Assembly: GCA_009699015.1 (NCBI GenBank) | Contig: WLOY01000005.1 | Coordinates: 1-57,670, forward strand | Direction: 5' to 3' | Length of the DNA stretch: 57,670 bases | From: Actinomycetota bacterium | GTDB lineage: Bacteria > Actinomycetota > Actinomycetes > S36-B12 | In this document: piece after piece, positions 20,711-30,545 of the stretch | Layout of the letters: the number at the start of each line of letters is the position of its first letter | Numbering within the stretch: position 1 is the stretch's first letter | Position numbers and translations under genes: made by a program | Notes under the pieces: generated by a model | Database searches by the model: none | What the model was told of the DNA's origin: nothing | The model's input: the letters and a program-made list of their open reading frames with translations, nothing else

Positions 20711-21160
20711 ATGGCTTTGAGTGGGGATCCGGGAGGCTTCGCCGGGGCAGGTGCCGAGCGGGCGGTCGTTGCCCTTCGGGTGCTCGCCGGACGGCTCAGT
20801 GTCTGTCGCCTGCCGGCTGAGGCTCCCTGGCCGAATCGGGTGGGTTCGTCGTCGTTGTTCTCGGTGACCAGGACCGCGCACGAGTTGTCGGTGGTGTGCG
20901 CCGCGGGCGAGGAGCCTGCGGGTGCGGTCGTCGAGCCGGGCTGGAGATCCCTGGAGGTCGCCGGGCCCCTCGATTTCGGGATGGTCGGCGTGATGGCCGG
21001 AATCACCGGTTGCCTCGCGCGGGCCGGGGTGAGCGTATTCGTCATCTCCACGTACGACACCGACTACGTCCTCGTGCGCGAGCAGGATCTCGACGCTGCG
21101 GTGATGTGGCTTGCAGGCGACGGCTACCCGGTGAGCCAGACCCCCGCGCCTGGCGACTAG
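20711..21160 (+). CDS. ACT-domain (CASTOR/ACT_7-like) protein
   Basis: FSVTRTAHELSVV, GPLDFGMVG, VISTYDTDYVLV. Start uncertain. Confidence 0.85.
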   Translation: MALSGDPGGFAGAGAERAVVALRVLAGRLSVCRLPAEAPWPNRVGSSSLFSVTRTAHELSVVCAAGEEPAGAVVEPGWRSLEVAGPLDFGMVGVMAGITGCLARAGVSVFVISTYDTDYVLVREQDLDAAVMWLAGDGYPVSQTPAPGD

Positions 21161-21963
21161 CCGATGAGCAGCGGGAACAGCGGATGGTCGAACGCAGCCC
21201 CGTCGGCGAGAGGCGGGTCGAGGTCCTCGAAGGGCGGCGAGGTGCGCCACGGCCTCAGCGCATGCCTCGCATCGTCGCCGACGAAGCGCACGGAGTACGC
21301 GCGGCGCCTGCCTAGCGACCCGGCGGAGCCGTGCAGCGTGAGCATGTGGAAGAAGAGGGCGTCACCGGGCTCGAGGGCCCACCCAAGGATCGGGAAGGAA
21401 TCGCGGTCGGCTTCGACCTCGGGGAGTTCCCCGAGGGTGCCCTCGGGGAACCATTTCGCCTGGTTGTCCTTGAAGGTCCTGGGCATGAGCCACGGCCCGC
21501 GGTGAGTGCCGGCGACGAACTCAAGGGTCGACCCGAGGGGCACCGGATCCACCGGCATCCACATCGACACGTTCTGGAGGCCGTCGATGTTGTAATAGGG
21601 CTGGTCCTGGTGCCAGGGCGTGCGCTGCCGGGTGTTCGCGGTCTTGGTGAGCATGTGATCGTGGTGGAGCCGCACCGTCGTGCTCGCCATGAGCTGCCGG
21701 GCGATCGAGGCCGCGGCCGACTCTCGGATGAACCGCTCGTACTCGTCGATCCGGGTCCAGTTGCGGAAGTCCTCGACGAACCTGCCGGGGTCATCGGGGT
21801 CGCTGGCAACGAGGGCGAGCGGGCTCGGGTCGGCGAGGTTGCGCTCGATACCGCGCTCGACGAGGGCCACCTGCTCGGGGGTAAAGGCCGATCGCACGAT
21901 GACTGCACCGTCGCGCGCGAAGTCGCTCACGGCGTCCACCTGCAGATCGAATTTAGGGATCAC
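21157..21963 (-). CDS. phytanoyl-CoA dioxygenase (PhyH) family 2OG-Fe(II) oxygenase
   Basis: TPWHQDQPY, PGDALFFHMLTLHGS, RRAYS. Confidence 0.9.
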   Translation of the reverse strand: MIPKFDLQVDAVSDFARDGAVIVRSAFTPEQVALVERGIERNLADPSPLALVASDPDDPGRFVEDFRNWTRIDEYERFIRESAAASIARQLMASTTVRLHHDHMLTKTANTRQRTPWHQDQPYYNIDGLQNVSMWMPVDPVPLGSTLEFVAGTHRGPWLMPRTFKDNQAKWFPEGTLGELPEVEADRDSFPILGWALEPGDALFFHMLTLHGSAGSLGRRRAYSVRFVGDDARHALRPWRTSPPFEDLDPPLADGAAFDHPLFPLLIG

Positions 21964-22068
21964 GGCGCCAGCCTACGACGTGACGGGCTGACCTCCGATG
22001 CGTTGCAAAAACCGATGGGCCACCGGACGATCCCGTGACATGCGCGGCGAACGTGGCAGGATTCGCGG

Positions 22069-23919
22069 GTGGTGAGCATCGAGTCGATCGGGGTCCGGCG
22101 AACGGGGCCGGAGCGGTGGTCGGCCCGCGACTTGATTGCCGGTGAATGGTCGACCTCTCCGAAGCTCTGGCTCCTCGCCTTCCCCTTCATCATCCTCGTG
22201 CAGAACGCTCGCCTCCAGGAGTACTCCGAGTGGGCGACCCCACAACTGCTCGCGTTTAGCTTTCTCGGACAGGTTGCGGCGCTCCTCGTCCTCCTCGCGG
22301 CGCGGCGCGTCGGTGTCCGCCGGCCGGATGCAGGAGCCCGCACCCTGATCGCCGTGATCGGGATCTGGGTCCTCGCAGGAGGAGCGGCGGGTGCTGTCAC
22401 CGGATGGCTCGCGGGTTTGTTCAACATCATTCAGGTGCATGCTCAGGTACCCCTGGCCCTGCTCACGATGGCCGCGACGACGGTGCTGACCTACGCACTC
22501 GTCTCCTTCACCATTGGAGTGGTTCGTGGCCACCGGGAGGAGGTCGGTCGACTCCGTGCATATCGGGATGTGCTTGTCCTTCGCAGTCAGGAGTCGGGTG
22601 CATTCGTCGAGGACCAGCAGCGACTCTTGCGCGCTGCGCTGGATGACGCAGTCCTTCCCGAATTCCGCGACCTCGTCGAGCGGGTCGAGGCCCTCAGCTA
22701 CCGACCGATGCAAGAGGAGCTCGTGCAGTTGCGGCTTCGGGTCATCATCACCTCGCAGACACTGGTTCGTCGGGTGGAGGACGGAATCGATCGTGCGGTC
22801 GATAATCAGCGAGCGAAGCGGCTGCGCCGTATCGCTCAGGGTCGGCGGACAGACGAGGGATGGCGGAGCATCGTCCTCAATACGTCGGTCCCTCCACGCA
22901 TGGGGTGCCTCATCGTGGTCGCCTTCGCCATCACAGAACGGGTTCGCGGCTGCGCGAGCATGTCGGTTGTCATGGCGGTTGGGATGGTGCTCGTCGTCCT
23001 GACTGGGGCCGCCGTACGCCGGCATACCTCCGGTGAGCCGCCGGGCACTCGCCTAGCGGTGGGCATGGCAACACTTGGAGCACTCCTTCTGGTGTTCTGG
23101 GGGGTGACTCGCCTTGAGATTGCCGGCTGCGTGTGGTCAGGATCAACCGGGCTCATCATCACCTCAGGCTGCACGCTCGTGGGCACTCTCGCATTCGCCG
23201 GGGTGTCACTTGAGACGGATCGTCAGTTGAGGATCGTGAAGGACGAGCTCCGCGACGCCAACGATGCCTCTCGCGCGGCAATCGCAGCCATGAACGAGAC
23301 AGGCCGCATGCTCCGTGATCAGGTCGCACATGTCCTGAACGGGGATCTCCAGGGAAGGCTTGCAGCGGTGGCGATAGCCCTCCAGGCCCATATCGACGAT
23401 CTCGGTCGGGGCGGGCACCCGAGCACCGTGCGACTGGTCGAGCAGGTGACTGCACTGCTGCGCCTCGCGGACCGGGATATCGCGGAGCTCGTCACTGAGC
23501 CGGTGCCGCCGCTTCGACTCGACGAGGTGCTGGGCCAACTCCGGAGCCGGTGGTCCGGACTGCTCACCGTCGGCTGGGGCATTGAACCTGCGGCACAAGT
23601 GCTGCTTGACGATGACGTGATCCTGCTCCGATGGGCGAGCGAGGTCATTGACCATTCGGTGAGCAACTCGAGCAGGCACGGGGCGGCGACAGCACTGACG
23701 GTTCACGTGAGCACCTCGGGGGTGGCGGTCGGGTGGCTCAGAATTCGGGTGCAGGACAACGGATGCGGGCCCTTGCATGACGAGGAGCTGGGTGGGTCGG
23801 GTGCTCGATCAGTCGCGGAGCGCCAAGGCTCCTGGGCTCTGCGCGGCCGAGCGGTCGGAGGAGCCGAGCTCACCGTGGACTTGCCGGGAAGGCGATGGTC
23901 GAGCGACCACTACGCCTAG
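22069..23919 (+). CDS. multi-TM histidine kinase-like protein with degenerate H-box
   Basis: Two TM bundles; VLNGDLQGRL in place of an H-box; SNSSRHG and DNGCG HATPase motifs. Confidence 0.8.
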   Translation: MVSIESIGVRRTGPERWSARDLIAGEWSTSPKLWLLAFPFIILVQNARLQEYSEWATPQLLAFSFLGQVAALLVLLAARRVGVRRPDAGARTLIAVIGIWVLAGGAAGAVTGWLAGLFNIIQVHAQVPLALLTMAATTVLTYALVSFTIGVVRGHREEVGRLRAYRDVLVLRSQESGAFVEDQQRLLRAALDDAVLPEFRDLVERVEALSYRPMQEELVQLRLRVIITSQTLVRRVEDGIDRAVDNQRAKRLRRIAQGRRTDEGWRSIVLNTSVPPRMGCLIVVAFAITERVRGCASMSVVMAVGMVLVVLTGAAVRRHTSGEPPGTRLAVGMATLGALLLVFWGVTRLEIAGCVWSGSTGLIITSGCTLVGTLAFAGVSLETDRQLRIVKDELRDANDASRAAIAAMNETGRMLRDQVAHVLNGDLQGRLAAVAIALQAHIDDLGRGGHPSTVRLVEQVTALLRLADRDIAELVTEPVPPLRLDEVLGQLRSRWSGLLTVGWGIEPAAQVLLDDDVILLRWASEVIDHSVSNSSRHGAATALTVHVSTSGVAVGWLRIRVQDNGCGPLHDEELGGSGARSVAERQGSWALRGRAVGGAELTVDLPGRRWSSDHYA

Positions 23920-23938
23920 CAAGCGACCACTACGCCTA
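23902..23938 (+). repeat. 17-bp direct repeat spanning the stop codon
   Basis: AGCGACCACTACGCCTA at 23902 and 23922. Confidence 0.85.
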
Positions 23939-24012
23939 ACAATCGGCACACTTCTCGCGGACCGATGGCCATGCGGCCGTAGGCTCTGCCGAAGGGGTAG
24001 CTGGAGGTTGCG

Positions 24013-25839
24013 GTGAAAACGGCGGTGGTCGAGTACTCCTGGCGTGATGCGCTGAGAAGTCGATGGTCGACTTCGCCGCTGATGTGGCTTGTTGCCGCTC
24101 CGGTGCAGATCTGCGGAATCGTCATCCGAAACTCCCCCCTCCATCCAGATCACGTCGCGGCACTCGTCGTGCTCGCTGTGATCGCAGAACTCGCGGTGCT
24201 GCTCCTGCTCATGCTCGTGGCCCGGCAGCGCTCGTCGCGGGCCCGGCTCCAGTCGATGACCTCCGGTGAGGTGCTCATCGTCTGGGCCGGGTGCGGGGTG
24301 CTTCTCACGCTCATCATGGAACTTGGCGTCGATCTGCTCATCGGGGGAGGGGGGCTCGGACCTGGCGCCCGACTGCTGTGGACGACAGGAAGCACGTTCG
24401 CCTTGTTCGGTGGTGCCACCATGGTTGGGGCGGGTGTCGTGGAGCGGCAGGCTGACATCGTGCGCCTGCGTCGAGCGAACGATCGAATCATGCAGCTCGG
24501 GGCTGCATCGCAACGCTTCGCTGAAGACCAGCGACTCCTCCTCGCTGATGCACTCGACGCAATGGTGATCCCCGTCCTCGAGCAACTCGCAGAGGAGGCA
24601 GAGGAACTCAATCGGGCTTCCCAAAGCGACTTGGAGCCGTTGCAGGCTCGGGTCGCCTTTTACTCCGAGACGATCGTCCGTTCCCTTAGCCGGGAGGTCT
24701 CGGGCATTACCCCCCAGTGGCCGGAGCCGATGCCGGCGAAGGAGCCGGGAATCGGCTTCACCGTTCGAGGGCTGCTGGACCTACTCATGGCGGCGAGGGT
24801 GCGGATCCTTCCGTCCGCGGCCTTCATGGGGGTCGTCCTGTGGACCCAGGTCGTGCCCTCATGCCTCCCGCGTGATGCGTTGGCTTTGGCGAGCTGCACG
24901 ATTGTGGCCGCTATCGGCCACCTGATGTGCCGATTGGTATCGACCTGCTCGCTCCGGGGGGCAGGGTTGGTCAACATCTTGGTCTATCCGGCGATCGGCG
25001 CGTCATTCGCGTGGAGCGCCCGTACGCAGATCGTTGCCTGCGAATGGGAAGGCTCAAACCCTCAATTGCTCGCGGTGGTGAGTATTGGGGTGACATGCCT
25101 GGCGCTGATCTCCATGGCGTTCGAAGTGAGCGGGCGTTCACGGGCTGACGCCTCGAAGCTTGCCTCTCGCAGTCGGGTTGGGGAGGCGATGGCGGCGGAG
25201 CTGGATCGCGCTGGTGAGAGACTGCGCGATCAGGTGTCACTCGTGCTGCACGGATCCGTTCAAAGCCGCCTGACCGCCGTGGCGCTCGCCCTGCGCGTGC
25301 ACATGGATGAGGTGAGGGCAGGGGGCCACCCCGATCAGCGACAACTGCTCATGCGCGTGACCGTGCTGCTCGAACTGGCAGTGGCCGACGTGCAGTCGGT
25401 GTTCGCCGAGGAGCCGCCTCCCGCGAGCCTTGAAACGCGAATGAAGGCCCTTCGAGGTCAGTGGCTTGGGCTTCTCGACATCACCTGGGGGGAGTCGCCG
25501 AGGGCAGCGGAGGTCCTCGGCGCCGATCCCGAATGTGCCGCCTGGGTGTTTGAGATCCTCGGTGAGGCCATCACGAATGCCAGCCGACATGGAAAGGCAG
25601 GCTCGGTCCACCTGCGAATCGACGTCGACCATGAGACGGGCACCATGCTCGTCATCAGCGCGACCGACGATGGCATCGGACCGCCGGCTGACCTCCGCGA
25701 GGGTCTGGGCACCGAACGGGTGAGGGCCCGCGGCGGATCCTGGGTGCTTGAGTCCAGAATGGAGGGCGGGTCACGCATGACCGTGACGCTCCCAATCCCC
25801 TCAGAACGAGGAGTCTCGCTGCAAGGGGATGAACGGTGA
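24013..25839 (+). CDS. multi-TM sensor histidine kinase (HisKA_3-like)
   Basis: Paralog of the previous gene; VLHGSVQSRL, EAITNASRHG, DDGIG, GLG. Confidence 0.85.
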   Translation: MKTAVVEYSWRDALRSRWSTSPLMWLVAAPVQICGIVIRNSPLHPDHVAALVVLAVIAELAVLLLLMLVARQRSSRARLQSMTSGEVLIVWAGCGVLLTLIMELGVDLLIGGGGLGPGARLLWTTGSTFALFGGATMVGAGVVERQADIVRLRRANDRIMQLGAASQRFAEDQRLLLADALDAMVIPVLEQLAEEAEELNRASQSDLEPLQARVAFYSETIVRSLSREVSGITPQWPEPMPAKEPGIGFTVRGLLDLLMAARVRILPSAAFMGVVLWTQVVPSCLPRDALALASCTIVAAIGHLMCRLVSTCSLRGAGLVNILVYPAIGASFAWSARTQIVACEWEGSNPQLLAVVSIGVTCLALISMAFEVSGRSRADASKLASRSRVGEAMAAELDRAGERLRDQVSLVLHGSVQSRLTAVALALRVHMDEVRAGGHPDQRQLLMRVTVLLELAVADVQSVFAEEPPPASLETRMKALRGQWLGLLDITWGESPRAAEVLGADPECAAWVFEILGEAITNASRHGKAGSVHLRIDVDHETGTMLVISATDDGIGPPADLREGLGTERVRARGGSWVLESRMEGGSRMTVTLPIPSERGVSLQGDER

Positions 25840-25978
25840 TGGGCCGCGGATGGATGGGCAGGTGTGCGAGATAACCGACGATGGGCGTCTTGATGCCATG
25901 CAAGGAGCGGGGAGATGCGGGATCGTCGCACGAATCCGGGGAACCAGGATCGCGAATCAGGGACAGAAAGGGGGGTGC

Positions 25979-26650
25979 ATGACAGCGAATGATGGCGTGA
26001 CGGGGTTTCGGACGAAGGTGCTCATCGTCGAGGACGAGGAGTTCACGCGCACGATCCTCGCCGACTCGCTGGCAGCCTCTGGGATGACCGTGCGGTCTGC
26101 CGTCTCGGTTGCCGAAGCCCTCGATGTCCTCCTGGATTTCGAGCCGAACGCCGTGGTGACCGATCTTCATCTGGGCCCGGGCCCTGACGGCGTAGACCTG
26201 CTCGAGCGCCTCAACCGAGACCTGCCGTGGGTTGGGCAGGTCGTGCTCACCTCGCACACGTCCGTTCAGGTCGCCCTCGGCATCAATCGGCGGATCCCAG
26301 AGCGGGCGGTCTACCTCGTGAAGTCTCGCATCACCTCGCTGGCAGATGTCGAGGAGGCGATCTTCGATTCGATCACGCGCACTACGTCCGATGACTCCGT
26401 CGCGCCGGATCCTGCCGATGGCCGGTTCGAGTTGAGCGCCTCCCAGGGCGAGATCCTGCGCCTCATGTCCGAGGGCCTGTCGAACGCGGCCATCGCAGCC
26501 CGGCGTGAGACAACCCTGCGATCGACCGAGAGCCTCGTCGCACGGACCTTCGCCACCCTTGGACTGTCGAATGACCCGAACGTGAATGCCCGGGTGCTCG
26601 CCGTTCGGATGTGGCTCCAGGGCCAGGTGGTCGTCCGCGACCGAGGCTGA
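25979..26650 (+). CDS. NarL/LuxR-family response regulator
   Basis: VLIVEDE, VVTDLHLGPGPDG, VLTSH, YLVKS; HTH GLSNAAIA. Confidence 0.9.
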   Translation: MTANDGVTGFRTKVLIVEDEEFTRTILADSLAASGMTVRSAVSVAEALDVLLDFEPNAVVTDLHLGPGPDGVDLLERLNRDLPWVGQVVLTSHTSVQVALGINRRIPERAVYLVKSRITSLADVEEAIFDSITRTTSDDSVAPDPADGRFELSASQGEILRLMSEGLSNAAIAARRETTLRSTESLVARTFATLGLSNDPNVNARVLAVRMWLQGQVVVRDRG

Positions 26651-26690
26651 GCCCTCGTATCGAGCCGCTGGCCTCGGTAGGTTGAGGGTC

Positions 26691-28004
26691 GTGCCCTCCC
26701 TTCGCGATCAGGTGCTCGACGCGTCCGCATCGCGTGACCGGGTGAGCGATGCCGTGAAGGCGCTGGCCCTCGGGCTCGTCATCCTCGGCCACGGTCTCGC
26801 GTGGACGACCACCGCGAGCGGGACTGCCGTCAATACCCTCGAGGCCGCACCGTGGCTGTTCCCGCTCACCTGGCTCCTGCAGATCCTCCCGCTCTTCTTT
26901 CTCGTCTCCGGCGACCGAATGCGGTCGGTGGCCCTTGATCCGAGCACCGACGGGGTTCCGCGCCGGGTCGCGCGACTCGTGACCCCGACCCTGCCACTGC
27001 TCCTCGTGACCATCGTCGCTGCAGCGGTGATCCCTCTCTTCGCCGACAACGCGATCGCATCGGCCGCGGGCGTCATCCCGGTGCAACTGCTGTGGTTCCT
27101 CGGGGTCTACCTCGCAGCGATCGCGCTGTGCCCCATCCTCGTCCGGATCCGCAGGCCATGGCACTTCGCCGCCATGCTCCTCGCGATCGGCGCCGTCGAC
27201 CTCGCTCGAGTTCGGCTCTGGGATTCGATCGGGTGGGTGAACCTGCTGCTGGCATGGCTCTTCTTCGTCGCCCTCGGGATGCAACTGCCGCGGCTGCGCC
27301 AGGTCGGGCGCGGCCTGCTCGCCGCGAGTGCCATCGCCGGGCTGGCCGGGGCCATCGCCCTCGTCGTGATCGGCCCCTACTCCGCGGCGCTCATCTCGAC
27401 CGATGCGCTACCCGGGATCAGCAATCTCGCGCCGCCCACCATCGTCCTCGTCCTCGTCGGGATCGCGCAGGCATCCCTCCTCCTGCTGGCCTGGCCGCTC
27501 CTAGCGAGGTCGCTCGCCCGCGACTCCCTGTGGGTGCCGGTCGCCGTGTTCTCATCGCGGGCAATGGGCATGTACCTGCTTCACATGCTCTTCCTCGCCG
27601 CCTGCATCGGTGTGGTCCTCAGCGCCGGCCTCCACCCGACCCCGCTCTCCCTCGCGTGGTGGCTCCTGCACGCGGGCGTGCTGGGCGTCGCAGCGGGTAT
27701 GGCCTGGTGGCTCGCGCCGACCCTCATCACGGCCGGGAGCCGTGTCGCTGCGACTGCGCGGCGACTCCTGCCCCGAACGTTCGTCGCGTCCGCTGGCCGG
27801 GCTCCGGCTCGAGCGTGGCTGGCACTCGCAGGCGTGGCAGGCCTGACACTCCTGCTCGTCAGTGAGTCCGGGGTCGGCTCGTCACTTGAGATCCGAGTCG
27901 TGAAGGGCCTCCCGTACCTCCCGGCAGGCGCCGTCATCCTGCTCGTCATCGTCGCCGCGCTCGCGATGCCATCGACGCGCAACGCTGGTACCGTCGCTGA
28001 ATGA
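26691..28004 (+). CDS. acyltransferase-3 family membrane protein
   Basis: RDRVSDAVKA...GH, LQILPLFF, LWFLGVY, SNLAPPT, MYLLH. Confidence 0.8.
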   Translation: MPSLRDQVLDASASRDRVSDAVKALALGLVILGHGLAWTTTASGTAVNTLEAAPWLFPLTWLLQILPLFFLVSGDRMRSVALDPSTDGVPRRVARLVTPTLPLLLVTIVAAAVIPLFADNAIASAAGVIPVQLLWFLGVYLAAIALCPILVRIRRPWHFAAMLLAIGAVDLARVRLWDSIGWVNLLLAWLFFVALGMQLPRLRQVGRGLLAASAIAGLAGAIALVVIGPYSAALISTDALPGISNLAPPTIVLVLVGIAQASLLLLAWPLLARSLARDSLWVPVAVFSSRAMGMYLLHMLFLAACIGVVLSAGLHPTPLSLAWWLLHAGVLGVAAGMAWWLAPTLITAGSRVAATARRLLPRTFVASAGRAPARAWLALAGVAGLTLLLVSESGVGSSLEIRVVKGLPYLPAGAVILLVIVAALAMPSTRNAGTVAE

Positions 28005-28462
28005 AGCCCGTCAACACCCTCCGGATCATCTCGGCCGTGATCCTCCTTCCGATCCTCCTCCCGATCCTCGTCGGGTGCTCGGTCATCGATGGCTCCGGCG
28101 GATCGGGACCCACCGGAGGTGACGGCCTCGATGGATCGTGGTCGTTCGTCGGGGCCGGGACCGCAGGCCCAAGTGGTCTCACCGATCCGTCCTCTGCTCC
28201 GGTGACCTTGGAGATCGCCGCGGCCAGTGCGTCGGGATCCGCAGGCGTCAACCGCTACATGTCGACGATCACCGCGACCGCGGAGGGCGCCTTGGCCTTC
28301 GGCCCGATCGGCTCGACGATGATGGCGGGGCCGCCGGCAGCGATGAAAGCCGAGCAGGCGTACCTCGCTGCGCTCGACACGGTCACCGGGTACCGCGTCA
28401 CCGGCGATGAACTGGCCCTGTACGCGCAGGACACCGAAATCCTGCGCTACCTCCGGCAGTAG
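28001..28462 (+). CDS. META (HslJ-like) domain lipoprotein
   Basis: Lipobox LVGC; GSAGVNRY, STMMAG...EQAYL. Confidence 0.85.
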   Translation: MKPVNTLRIISAVILLPILLPILVGCSVIDGSGGSGPTGGDGLDGSWSFVGAGTAGPSGLTDPSSAPVTLEIAAASASGSAGVNRYMSTITATAEGALAFGPIGSTMMAGPPAAMKAEQAYLAALDTVTGYRVTGDELALYAQDTEILRYLRQ

Positions 28463-28465
28463 GCC

Positions 28466-30376
28466 TCAGCCCTCCTCGATCTCCCGCCGGATGACGGCAC
28501 GCTGGACGACAGCCGGATCGGATCCGCCGGCGTGGCGCTCGAGCGACGCGAGCGCTCGGCTGATCACCCTGGCCTTGGCGTTCCATGCCTTCGTGCCGGG
28601 CCGCCCCGGTGCGATCTCGGCGTGCAGGCCCCGCTCGTGCTGGACGAGGGCGTCGGTCCGAAGGAGGAGCCCCTCGATGCTGTCGGCGTCGGAGGCGAGC
28701 CCGAGCCGGCCCTGGGCCGACAGCACCGCGAGCATTCCGGCGACCGAGGTCCTCAGCTGGGCCGCTGTCTGGTCGGCCAGCTGCGTGGCCATTGCCTCGC
28801 GAACCAGCTCGTAGCGGGGGTCCTGCGGGCTCAGCTCGACCGCGACCCCGACGCCCGTCATCACGGAGGCCGCGCCGGTGAGGGCGGTGAGCGTCGCGAT
28901 CCCCCCGACCATGCCTCCGGGGCCGAAGGTCGCGAGGGTGCTCGCGATCGCCGCGGCGCCGGCCAGGCCCGCGGGAACGGCAATGGCGAGGCCAACTCCG
29001 GTGGCGGCCAGCATTCCGATGCCGGCCGTGATGAGGACCGGACCCCAGCGGAAGCCGGATTCCTGAAGCGCTGCCTTGGCCTCCTTCACCGCCGCAATCA
29101 CGGCCTGCGCCAGATCTGGCCCGGAGTGCTCCGATGACGGGCGCCTCACCTGCTCGAACAGGGCCTCGAGTGCCTCGTGGCCATGTGAGCCGGCGATGTC
29201 GAGGTCGAAGGGGGGCAGGGCCGGGGCGAGGAGGAAGTCGACGCCTGCGACGACGAGCTGGGAGTCCGACATCTGGCCGCGCACGAGCCCGGCCGCGTGG
29301 ATGAGCAGATCGGCTTCCGTCGGAGCCCTCGACGGATTGAGCGGGCTGAGCTCGCTCACCTCACCGGCGAGGGTGTCGTGCCTTCTTCGGATGTCGTCGA
29401 CCGTCCGCCGCGCGAGGACCCGGCGCGCCGCATCCAGATTCCGGCGGAACCCCCACTTGCCCGTGTCGCAGGTGGCCCATAGCTGCTGGGTGTAGGCGAA
29501 TCGCAGGAGGAGCGGATCCCAGCGTGGGTCGAGCCGGCGGGACGGCACCCCCACCGATCGCTCCCCGGCGCGGTCGCCGAACATCTTGAAGCCCACGGCG
29601 GCAGCGACGACCGGGTGGCTCATGTAGCCGGTGAGGCTGTGCGACGCACCCGTGTTGACCGGGGCATCGAGGGCGGCCTTGAAGAAGGGGCTCGCGCCGC
29701 GCCCGATCGTGATGATGTCGCCCGGATCGTAGACATTGAGCCAGGACAGGACCCGGTCGGATGGGAAGCCTGCGGCTGTGTCGATGCCGTGATGATGTGC
29801 CCGCAACGCCTTCACTCCCATGGGCGACCCGATGGTCACGAGGAGGTCGATCTGCAGGCCCGGAGGCAGTCGCGTGAGGAGGTCGATCATGAGGATCGAC
29901 CCGAGGCTGTGGGCGACGACGGTAATCCGCCCGGTCTCGGGCAGGGCGCCGAGGACTGCCCGCCATGCGGCATGCCGGTGTCGGCTTGACCCCCGGTACG
30001 TCGCGACCGCCTCCATGGTGCCGGCAATGGCATCGGGAAGGGGGGTGTCGCTCACGAGGCCCGCGTGCAGCGGCCGCGGGTTGTTTCGCGACCGTTCGAT
30101 CGCCTCGGCGAGGGCCTCGCGCCGCACGAGGTAGTCGGCCCAGTTCGCGTGCCGGGTTCGCGGCTCGGGCTCGATCCACTCGATCGCCGGGGTGTGGCCC
30201 TCAGCGCCCTCGAGCAAGGCGACGAGATAGTCGGCCTCGATGATCCGGTCGCCGTGCGCGCCGATGACCGGATATCCCAGGGCGCTCAGGCCCGAGTTGA
30301 GCGGGCCGAGCCAGGACTGCCGCGACTCGAACCCGCCCTTGCCATGCACGAACACGATGGTCCGGCCGACGGTCAT
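28466..30376 (-). CDS. alpha/beta-hydrolase fused to a helical domain with a Gly/Ala-rich hydrophobic hairpin
   Basis: VFVHG, AHSLGS, VTIGSP, WLNVYDPGD, SHSL; C-terminal GIGMLAATGVG...GPGGMVGG. Confidence 0.8.
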   Translation of the reverse strand: MTVGRTIVFVHGKGGFESRQSWLGPLNSGLSALGYPVIGAHGDRIIEADYLVALLEGAEGHTPAIEWIEPEPRTRHANWADYLVRREALAEAIERSRNNPRPLHAGLVSDTPLPDAIAGTMEAVATYRGSSRHRHAAWRAVLGALPETGRITVVAHSLGSILMIDLLTRLPPGLQIDLLVTIGSPMGVKALRAHHHGIDTAAGFPSDRVLSWLNVYDPGDIITIGRGASPFFKAALDAPVNTGASHSLTGYMSHPVVAAAVGFKMFGDRAGERSVGVPSRRLDPRWDPLLLRFAYTQQLWATCDTGKWGFRRNLDAARRVLARRTVDDIRRRHDTLAGEVSELSPLNPSRAPTEADLLIHAAGLVRGQMSDSQLVVAGVDFLLAPALPPFDLDIAGSHGHEALEALFEQVRRPSSEHSGPDLAQAVIAAVKEAKAALQESGFRWGPVLITAGIGMLAATGVGLAIAVPAGLAGAAAIASTLATFGPGGMVGGIATLTALTGAASVMTGVGVAVELSPQDPRYELVREAMATQLADQTAAQLRTSVAGMLAVLSAQGRLGLASDADSIEGLLLRTDALVQHERGLHAEIAPGRPGTKAWNAKARVISRALASLERHAGGSDPAVVQRAVIRREIEEG

Positions 30377-30420
30377 GGCGCATCCCTTCGGTGATGCCGG
30401 CTTGATCCGCGTGCGCTTGC

Positions 30421-30454
30421 GTGCTTGATCCGCGAGTGCTTGATCCGCGAGTGC
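30421..30454 (+). repeat. 15-bp tandem repeat in a divergent promoter region
   Basis: GTGCTTGATCCGCGA x2 plus a partial copy GCTTGATCCGCG at ~30400. Confidence 0.8.
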
Positions 30455-30545
30455 GTGCCATGCTCGCGCAGCAGCCTTATGCTGGAAGCCCGCCTGCCCG
30501 GCACACCTGGGGCGGTGTTCCGACGATAGTCCCACAGGAGGAGCA

